Shown here: positions 57,211 through 64,000 of the stretch, piece by piece | Layout of the letters: the number at the start of each line of letters is the position of its first letter | Numbering within the stretch: position 1 is the stretch's first letter | Assembly (NCBI GenBank): GCA_964562925.1 | Contig: CAZLVF010000004.1 | Coordinates: forward strand, 1,955 to 65,954 | Source: an uncultured Candidatus Bathyarchaeia archaeon | Lineage (GTDB): Archaea > Thermoproteota > Bathyarchaeia > 40CM-2-53-6 > CAVXDP01 | Length of the DNA stretch: 64,000 nucleotides | Direction: 5' to 3' | The notes under the pieces: model-generated | Database searches by the model: none | Seen by the model: only the letters and a program-made list of their open reading frames with translations | Told to the model about the DNA's origin: nothing | Position numbers and translations under genes: made by a program

Positions 57211-60200
57211 TTGGCTCAACGATGGGCTATCGCAATCCTTTTTCTAGTGCTGGCGTCAGGCGGAACCGTTGCAGTCCAAGCGCACACAACGATTGGAAAC
57301 TTGACGGGTTCACAGCCACTATTCAGAACTAACGACCATCAGTCAAACCCGACGAACACGTTCGGCCAGGCACACGTCCTAGGACCGGTAGGCTACGTTT
57401 GGCCTGGCAGCGGATTGAACATGTACACCGACGTTCATACGCATCCGCCAGGTTACCAATCGCCTTTCATAACCTTTGAGCAGCCGCTGCAGGCTGGTGC
57501 GAATTCCTACGCTCCGGAAGGGGCGATCTTGACATCAACATCTGATCATGAGAGCATCGGGGACTTGATCTTTGCTATCAACTTCTCTCAACCGAGACGG
57601 TTCATCACGGAGAGTAACCCCAACCCAGACTTCAACTATAGTACAATCGCCATATACATCCCAGCGCCTGTATTCGACAAGACCGGTGCTCTAATACAGG
57701 ATGGGTTTGAGCCAGCCGGTGGCATAGACTGGGGTGCTGGAGAGAATACAAATATCGTAACGACGATCACAGACAATTACGGAAATATCTTTGCCACAAG
57801 AGCGGATGAAGATGATCCGTTTCAGCCTGGTTCATGGATCGTCTTTATAGCTCCAACGACTGGGATAAATTTTGTCGCTGCTAGAAACTGGTCTGAGTGG
57901 TATTACGTTCGAATCAACCAAATGAAGGCACCTTTCGTCGCGGGCAGATACTTCTTTAAAATGTTCCTTGACGACCACTACCCCGTTCGGAGCTCTACAC
58001 CCTCAGACTATGTCAACAGTACGATGCCCATGGAGAATTGGCCGATTCTACTCGTGAAAGGCGAGGTTGATCCTGGAATGATCTCGGGGACCGTAAGACA
58101 TGGCGACGTAGCAACTCGCGCGCTTTACGGCCAATCAATCAACCTTCCAGGCAAGGTCAGAGCCGTCGGATTTGCCACAGATCCTTTGACTGGAGAGTTA
58201 ACTGGACGTGCAGTTGAAGCGCGCGGTTACTTTAATGGATCTGCACAGGGCCATTATGAGATAGAAGGCGTCGCTCCAGGCGTTTATGATATTTTCGCTT
58301 CTGCAGCAGGTTTCCCTGAACAGAAGGTCGCTGAGAACGTAAGGATATTTCGCGGACAGTCTCTGGTGTTTGACGCCTACTTGAAGGCTGGTCTGGAGCT
58401 TCGTGGGGAAGTCTTCTCCAAAGACAAATTTGGCCTTACCAACTGGTCGGGCACGCGTCCCGTCAGCGTCGTCATTTATGACAGCGACACCTATGGCTCT
58501 GATAGCATCGTCACCTATTCCCCTATCAACTTGACACAGGCCCCATACGCCAGTTACGTCCACGGCAATGTCAGATACGCTTCTACTACCGGATATACCC
58601 GGTTGACAGGTGAACCGGGAGTTGTTGCCGGTAACGACGCACCGAAGAAGGTATCCTTTCCATGGGAGGGACCGTTGGCTTTGCCGGCCATCTCATGGGC
58701 GGAAGCAACAGCATCGAACGATCCTGATGGCACAGTGAAGGATGATTTCGGTCTATTCAACGGCGTTGGCCCGGCTCAATACTGGTGGGTTGATCAGAAC
58801 GGCTACTACACAAATAGTGAATCTAACAGTTTCCGTTTCCAGTTTGGGATTAGAGGTTTCTACGGAGTTCCCACTGAGATGTCAGGAATGGTTCCTCAGG
58901 TTTTTGCCACCTGGACAGACAGTCTAACGCCAGGGAGATACTACATACGGGTCTTCGTAAACGGTTACGTTCAAACTGCAAATGATGGAGCCCGATTCAT
59001 GGACTACGACTTCATCGTGCCAAATGAGGAATTGTCGCGAGACATTTCAGTCCCTATCGATCTCTGGAGATCCTCAACGATCAATGTGACAGTTCATTTT
59101 CACGATTTGCCTAGCACGATCGAAGACGTGCCTATGAGGGGCCCTGATCCACGCAGGTTTCTGTTAGCTGAGGCTTTCGCCAGTGATGGTACCCTTGCGG
59201 CTTTCAATTTCACCCAGATCCCAGTGAAGGACAGATATGAAAACCTCGTCAGCGAATGGAACATAACTCTGAACGGTCTTGGCATGGCAGGCCCGATGAC
59301 TGTGGACGCCGCGCTGCCAGATAGCATGTCGCGAATGAACGTCAAGTATTCTCTTGCAAGATATCGCGGACTCTATGATTACGGTCTCCCAACAGATACC
59401 TATACAATCAGGGTTTTCATGCGTGGATATATCCAAGCCATACCTCCGGCAACCAGCTTTGAAGAATTGGACCAACCTTTGACAGTGACAGTCTCGATTG
59501 GTACTGGAGTGGCGGATGTGAGCACTCACATGTACCGTGGCGGCGGAATCAATGTTACAGTTTTCTCCACCGATTGGCAAAGACCACATGTTGATAAAGA
59601 GTGGATTTGGAATGACGCCTCAGTGAGCGCTCTGGTCTACGACGTTGCCTCGGCCAACTTTATTGATGCAATCTACTTCTGGAACGCTAAGATTGAACAG
59701 TGGAGTCTACCCAAGCAGGATTCAGATTTCAATTCTATACCTTGGCCAACTTGGAAGACAGATTTTGGGTCTGGAGCAAGCTACCTTCTTACTAACGGGT
59801 CAACTCTGGTTGATAGATTCGGGCCTGACGTTCCGAACCCTCTCTCGGACGATCAAACTCAAGACATGGCTTCGGCACTATTTTATCAGGAGAATTTTCA
59901 CATAGGATTCCTGTATGGGTCATTCTCCTATAGAGATTCATCCTACCGTTCGACGTTAGCCGTTTACCCCGGCGTCTACGCTGTGAACGTAGGAACGTAT
60001 GGGTACGTTCAGGAGAACCTTGCACGCTTCGGCACCGACTTGGGTAATGTTCAGGTTCCCGTTGGATGGATAGGATCCATAGCCGACACAAGCGTCAAGC
60101 TAATGATTGGAGTAAACTTCTCGATCACAATGCTCTTCAAGACTGAGGGAATCTTCTCAAAGACCCCGTACAATACTTCGATAAGAATCAGCGTATTCGA

Positions 60201-61047
60201 TGAGGGCGACACGCTAGTCGCGGCCGCAACTGTGTCATCCAACGCGGGATCTTTGACTTCGAACGCAGGTTTGTTCGCTGATGGCAAACAGGTACTGCAA
60301 GATGCTATCCCTGATGGAACTTGGAAATTAGAGTGCGCAGGGCTTGCCGGTCTGATAGGCTATGTGGAGCCAAGCATAGGAAGCGCCGGAGTTCAGGCCG
60401 CTACTCTCTTTTCTCCCAACTACGGTGTTTGGGGTCGCTCTACGTATGCGGGCTCCTACACGGGCCAATGGCTTGTCATGGTGGACTTTGTAAACCGGTA
60501 TTTGCCGGACAGATTCTACCCTCCCGTTCCAGCTCTACTGCAAGGCGAGTACGCCTTCTTCTTGCCGTACAATCACTTGGGACCCTATCGGCAGCAGGCG
60601 TACACAAGTATACCGAACGTCGTGCTTGGCGGTGAAGCCTCTATAGTTTTCGAATTAGATCTCAGAAGTTATGTTCAAGGCACGGTACATGGTCTAGACT
60701 GGAATGATGCTACAAGGACGATCAGTTGGGTGTCGATCGAGTTCAAGACCGACCAAACAACGTACCACTGGTACAGTTGGGATGGATGGTTTGATGGTTA
60801 TCTCGATCCTGGCGAATACTTGACAACTGTGACGGAATGGACCAACCGGAACGAGGGCCACGAATTCTACGAGTTTCGCATAGACGCGGGCACAGGCCAA
60901 ATTAACAGGGCATTTACGATTACATTGGGTTTAACCGGAATACCTATCCCAGAATTCTCAGTATCTCCCATGATTGCAGCTAGTCTTGCGGCAGCGATGA
61001 TTTGGATAAAGTGTAAGTGCAATCCTAGTTGTAGACCCGAATTCTAG
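57211..61047 (+). CDS. Large secreted surface protein with a carboxypeptidase-regulatory-like beta domain and a PEF-CTERM-like C-terminus
   Basis: Signal peptide, GHYEIEGVAPGVYDIFASAAGF, many N-x-S/T sequons, C-terminal IPIPEF plus hydrophobic helix and Lys residues. Confidence 0.75.
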   Translation: MAQRWAIAILFLVLASGGTVAVQAHTTIGNLTGSQPLFRTNDHQSNPTNTFGQAHVLGPVGYVWPGSGLNMYTDVHTHPPGYQSPFITFEQPLQAGANSYAPEGAILTSTSDHESIGDLIFAINFSQPRRFITESNPNPDFNYSTIAIYIPAPVFDKTGALIQDGFEPAGGIDWGAGENTNIVTTITDNYGNIFATRADEDDPFQPGSWIVFIAPTTGINFVAARNWSEWYYVRINQMKAPFVAGRYFFKMFLDDHYPVRSSTPSDYVNSTMPMENWPILLVKGEVDPGMISGTVRHGDVATRALYGQSINLPGKVRAVGFATDPLTGELTGRAVEARGYFNGSAQGHYEIEGVAPGVYDIFASAAGFPEQKVAENVRIFRGQSLVFDAYLKAGLELRGEVFSKDKFGLTNWSGTRPVSVVIYDSDTYGSDSIVTYSPINLTQAPYASYVHGNVRYASTTGYTRLTGEPGVVAGNDAPKKVSFPWEGPLALPAISWAEATASNDPDGTVKDDFGLFNGVGPAQYWWVDQNGYYTNSESNSFRFQFGIRGFYGVPTEMSGMVPQVFATWTDSLTPGRYYIRVFVNGYVQTANDGARFMDYDFIVPNEELSRDISVPIDLWRSSTINVTVHFHDLPSTIEDVPMRGPDPRRFLLAEAFASDGTLAAFNFTQIPVKDRYENLVSEWNITLNGLGMAGPMTVDAALPDSMSRMNVKYSLARYRGLYDYGLPTDTYTIRVFMRGYIQAIPPATSFEELDQPLTVTVSIGTGVADVSTHMYRGGGINVTVFSTDWQRPHVDKEWIWNDASVSALVYDVASANFIDAIYFWNAKIEQWSLPKQDSDFNSIPWPTWKTDFGSGASYLLTNGSTLVDRFGPDVPNPLSDDQTQDMASALFYQENFHIGFLYGSFSYRDSSYRSTLAVYPGVYAVNVGTYGYVQENLARFGTDLGNVQVPVGWIGSIADTSVKLMIGVNFSITMLFKTEGIFSKTPYNTSIRISVFDEGDTLVAAATVSSNAGSLTSNAGLFADGKQVLQDAIPDGTWKLECAGLAGLIGYVEPSIGSAGVQAATLFSPNYGVWGRSTYAGSYTGQWLVMVDFVNRYLPDRFYPPVPALLQGEYAFFLPYNHLGPYRQQAYTSIPNVVLGGEASIVFELDLRSYVQGTVHGLDWNDATRTISWVSIEFKTDQTTYHWYSWDGWFDGYLDPGEYLTTVTEWTNRNEGHEFYEFRIDAGTGQINRAFTITLGLTGIPIPEFSVSPMIAASLAAAMIWIKCKCNPSCRPEF

Positions 61048-61049
61048 CC

Positions 61050-62186
61050 CTACATTCTTCGCTTGGCTAGTACCGTTGCGATTGGAAGCAGAATTAAACT
61101 GCTAAGTAGGAGTATCCCTATGTTGGGAGCTATTGCGTCGATACCAACGCCGAGATAGATAATGCGTCTGAGCGCTTCGTTGCCCCAGGTCCAAGGCAGC
61201 GACCATGATATCGCACGTCCTCCTGGAGCGAGTAGTATCGGTGACGAGACTGCGCCTGAGAGTTGAAAAAGCGGAAAGGTCAATGCAATCTCCAAGATCG
61301 TCAATGTGGCTGAGCTTCGAATCCTTGATGAGAAGACCAGTCCAACGGATAGTGTGAAGATCGCTATTAGGCTGGTAATTAGATAGATCAGGACAAGGCT
61401 ACCTCTAATGACCAATCCTGAGAGCACGAAGATGACAAGCATGAGTGTAGTTCGAATAGCGTTTAGTAATACCGTTGAAGCCATCTTTCCCAAGTAGACG
61501 GATAGAATATTCACAGGTGTGAGGACTAGACGTGGGAAAGTGCCTCGTTCACGTTCTCTGCTTATGGCGTTTACTATGTCATCGAAGGCCCCGAGTATTG
61601 TGATCATACCCAGAAACCCGGGCAGAATAGGATCACCGCTTGGAGGCCGACCGGAAACGGATCTAAGGATCAACTCAACCGACGCGGCTTTGATACCTGA
61701 CAGAGCCCCAGAATAACCGGTTTCAGAAGCCTCACCCAGCATCGCCTGTATGCTACTACTCAAGGCGGCCTGAACCAAGGAAGGCACCATTATCTTGGAA
61801 TTGTCTGTTTGCAGAATAACGAATGTCCGTTGATTATTGAGAAGCGCATCACCGAACCCTCTTGGGATAACAACACCTCCAACGGCAGCGCCTGATTCAA
61901 CAGCATGGAGAACCTGCTCTTCGGTCTGGACAAATTGAGCCACATGAATCAGGGGAGAGATTGTTAGCTTGTCCAAGAGGATCTTTGATACAGGTGAACT
62001 GTCTAGATCAGCTATCACCACAGGTAGATCGTAGCTAGTCGCTCCGAAAGCCGCACTTATTACGATGAATATTGAAATCAAGAGAACCGGAAACATTATG
62101 GTCAAAGCTAGTGAGACCGGATCGCGCGAGAGCTGCTTCAACTCCTTAGCTGCAACAGCCGCTGAGTCTCGAATCAATGCTTTCAT
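61050..62186 (-). CDS. ABC-2 exporter permease
   Basis: KELKQLSRD, LPVVIADLD, VVIP.GF, RERERGTF.RL..TP. Start set at ATG 62186, overlapping the upstream stop. Confidence 0.85.
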   Translation of the reverse strand: MKALIRDSAAVAAKELKQLSRDPVSLALTIMFPVLLISIFIVISAAFGATSYDLPVVIADLDSSPVSKILLDKLTISPLIHVAQFVQTEEQVLHAVESGAAVGGVVIPRGFGDALLNNQRTFVILQTDNSKIMVPSLVQAALSSSIQAMLGEASETGYSGALSGIKAASVELILRSVSGRPPSGDPILPGFLGMITILGAFDDIVNAISRERERGTFPRLVLTPVNILSVYLGKMASTVLLNAIRTTLMLVIFVLSGLVIRGSLVLIYLITSLIAIFTLSVGLVFSSRIRSSATLTILEIALTFPLFQLSGAVSSPILLAPGGRAISWSLPWTWGNEALRRIIYLGVGIDAIAPNIGILLLSSLILLPIATVLAKRRM

Positions 62187-63331
62187 GCCACAAGCCTCTC
62201 CCGCGACGACTTGAGAAGAAAATAAGCAACACCGTAGAAGATCACAATAGCAACTACGACAAATATCAGTTGGAAGGTCATCGTAGAGAGAGGTTGCCCA
62301 ACTAGCATCGCCCGCTTCAAAATCTCGATCCCGTATGCCCAAGGTAGCGAATAGGAAATTGCCCGTGAGATACCTGTCAATAGCTCTCTATCTATCATGA
62401 ACCCACTGAATGCAAACAAGAAAAGCACAAAGAGGAATTCTATGATGACAATAGCCCTGACGCCAAAACCGAATGCGGAGATCATGAATGCAAAACCCAT
62501 AGTCAGAACAGCCATAAGTAGCGAAACTGCTAGAATCGTAATGACATCTGTATTCGGTCTCGCTCGGTATAGATACGAAGAGAGACCCAAAACAGTGAAG
62601 GTGCGGATCACGTTTAGACCGAGGTCATACAACGTTTTACCTGTAATTATGGCTCCTAGACTTACGGGACTTACGAGTAAACGAGCGTACGTTCCATCTT
62701 CCGATTCCTTGGAGATTCCTCCAGCTATCTCATAGAACGTTGCGAAGACTATCACTAAACCGAGAACAATTGTTAAGCCAACCACAAAACTCGAGAACAC
62801 AGCTCCCTTGGTCACGATCTCGACTAGAGACGACCCCCCCTCACCGATCGGTTGCACTTCTAGCTCTGGATTGAAGTCGCGCAGATTCTCAAGCAGGCTT
62901 CCTTGGATCTCACCGTCTAGGCCAAGCACGCTGTCGTCTACGTAGACTACTAATTGGCCCACTTGATTGTTCAGCAGCCTTTCCTGAAAACCCTTAGGCA
63001 CAACTATGACAGCGTAGATCTTTCCTGTTCCCAGAGTTGCGATCGCATTCTCCTCTCTGTATCCCTGAATCAGAATATCAAAGTCTCCGGAGCTCGCAAG
63101 TACCCCGTAGACGCGAGCCGAAGCAACCGTTAAATCATTGTCAACAAAGGCCATGGGGATCTTGGCTGTTGGTGAGAATGCTGTTCCAGCCCCACTTCCT
63201 GCTCCAAGGGTCGTGGTGAAGAAGAACGGCAGAATCACCAGCGAAAGTAGCATTGCGGTACGATTGTGCCTTAACACACGAAACTCTTTGACAGTCACCG
63301 TCAAGACGTCACGTAGAAACCTCCTTAGCAT
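62183..63331 (-). CDS. ABC-2 exporter permease
   Basis: KEFRVLRH, IPMAFVDND, VVPKGF, KESEDGTYARLLVSP. Confidence 0.85.
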   Translation of the reverse strand: MLRRFLRDVLTVTVKEFRVLRHNRTAMLLSLVILPFFFTTTLGAGSGAGTAFSPTAKIPMAFVDNDLTVASARVYGVLASSGDFDILIQGYREENAIATLGTGKIYAVIVVPKGFQERLLNNQVGQLVVYVDDSVLGLDGEIQGSLLENLRDFNPELEVQPIGEGGSSLVEIVTKGAVFSSFVVGLTIVLGLVIVFATFYEIAGGISKESEDGTYARLLVSPVSLGAIITGKTLYDLGLNVIRTFTVLGLSSYLYRARPNTDVITILAVSLLMAVLTMGFAFMISAFGFGVRAIVIIEFLFVLFLFAFSGFMIDRELLTGISRAISYSLPWAYGIEILKRAMLVGQPLSTMTFQLIFVVVAIVIFYGVAYFLLKSSRERLVA

Positions 63332-63345
63332 TAGGGACAGAACCT

Positions 63346-64000
63346 TTACTCTACTACGTCTCTGCCAGCGTTTTCGTTCAAGTTGTTCCTTCTCGACGCC
63401 TTCTCAAGAAAACGATCTATCTCTTCTTCGCCTCCCGTTAACTTGATGAAAGCTTCCTCAAGTGTAGGATCCTTTGTGTTGATGGCTCTGATCTTGACGC
63501 CTTCGGACATAAGGATCTGCGTAATTTTCTCCGTAAACTCCTCATCTCTCTCGCAGCTGATGCGGAGTATAGGCGCTTCATATCTGATGTTGCAGACTTC
63601 AGCGATGTTTCGAAGCTTTTCAATCTGTTGAGATGAGATGTTTGGAGCTTCAATCTCCACAACAGAAAGTTCACTGACTTTGCGTTTGAGATCGCTTGGA
63701 GACCCTATCTGGATCATCCTACCTCCGTGTATGATCCCTACACGGTCACAGATCTTCTCCGGTTCAGACATGTAGTGAGTTGTCCAGACTATTGTGACGC
63801 CCTTGTTGCAGAGTTCGCGTGCAAAATCTCTGAGGGCGGTTGCGGATTGAGGATCTAGACCACTGGTCACTTCATCCAAGAAGAGAATTCTGGGCCTGTG
63901 AAGTAGCGCCGCAGATATTAGAGCTTTCTTGGTCCATCCTGACGAGAGGGTTCCTACCTGCCGCTTCGCTTTCTCTCTGAAATCAAATAGATCCAGTAGT
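63346..64000 (-). CDS. ABC-2 ATP-binding subunit (5' end beyond the window)
   Basis: The frame is open to the window end: LSSGWTKK..LFLDEVTSGLDP, WTTHYM, DPTLEEAF. Confidence 0.88.
   Translation of the reverse strand, partial: LLDLFDFREKAKRQVGTLSSGWTKKALISAALLHRPRILFLDEVTSGLDPQSATALRDFARELCNKGVTIVWTTHYMSEPEKICDRVGIIHGGRMIQIGSPSDLKRKVSELSVVEIEAPNISSQQIEKLRNIAEVCNIRYEAPILRISCERDEEFTEKITQILMSEGVKIRAINTKDPTLEEAFIKLTGGEEEIDRFLEKASRRNNLNENAGRDVVE

Noticed and set aside
62187..62342. N-terminal extension of the permease called 61050..62342
   Set aside because: It overlaps the upstream permease; ATG 62186 in an ATGA overlap is the natural start.
161..63674. Numerous short antisense or alternate-frame ORFs in the track (e.g. 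18095-18604, 29183-29704, 36371-36916, 48989-49648)
   Set aside because: They are shadows of well-supported genes on the opposite strand or in another frame, with no motifs of their own.
1..64000. CRISPR array, IS elements, rRNA, selenocysteine or pyrrolysine read-through
   Set aside because: By eye I saw no regularly spaced repeats, transposase motifs or rRNA-like sequence, and the hydrogenase and Fe-S motifs are complete without read-through.

Overview
An archaeal chromosomal segment, most likely TACK/Bathyarchaeia-like. That assignment is inferred from topoisomerase VI, aIF1A/aIF2beta/Rio1/Dim2, Mer, BHB-intron tRNAs and many TTG starts; I did not test it. Much of it is housekeeping: metG, translation initiation and ribosome biogenesis genes, top6AB, ABCE1, Sua5/Cgi121/MtaB t6A genes, gcvPA/PB, a four-subunit 2-oxoacid:ferredoxin oxidoreductase, rpiA, pgk and several transporters. 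The most notable items are: (1) one ORF fusing an NAD(P)-dependent MtdA/B-type methylene-H4MPT dehydrogenase to F420-dependent Mer, followed by an FpoF/FrhB-type gene and converging on a group 4 [NiFe]-hydrogenase core with no adjacent membrane subunits; (2) a full-length ribophorin I (OST1)-like protein; (3) two tRNA genes, Met-CAT and Pro-TGG, each split by three BHB introns, plus an intron-containing tRNA-Thr; (4) a 29-aa Glu/Trp-repeat microprotein, absent from the ORF track, with its own promoter and terminator just upstream of ABCE1; (5) an FtsZ with a degenerate T7 loop; (6) an Ntn-hydrolase/APC/metallophosphoesterase/nucleotidyltransferase module; (7) a 1278-aa PEF-CTERM surface protein flanked by ABC-2 exporters. 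I saw no CRISPR array, rRNA or mobile element. All family calls come from recognising motifs by eye, not from database searches.
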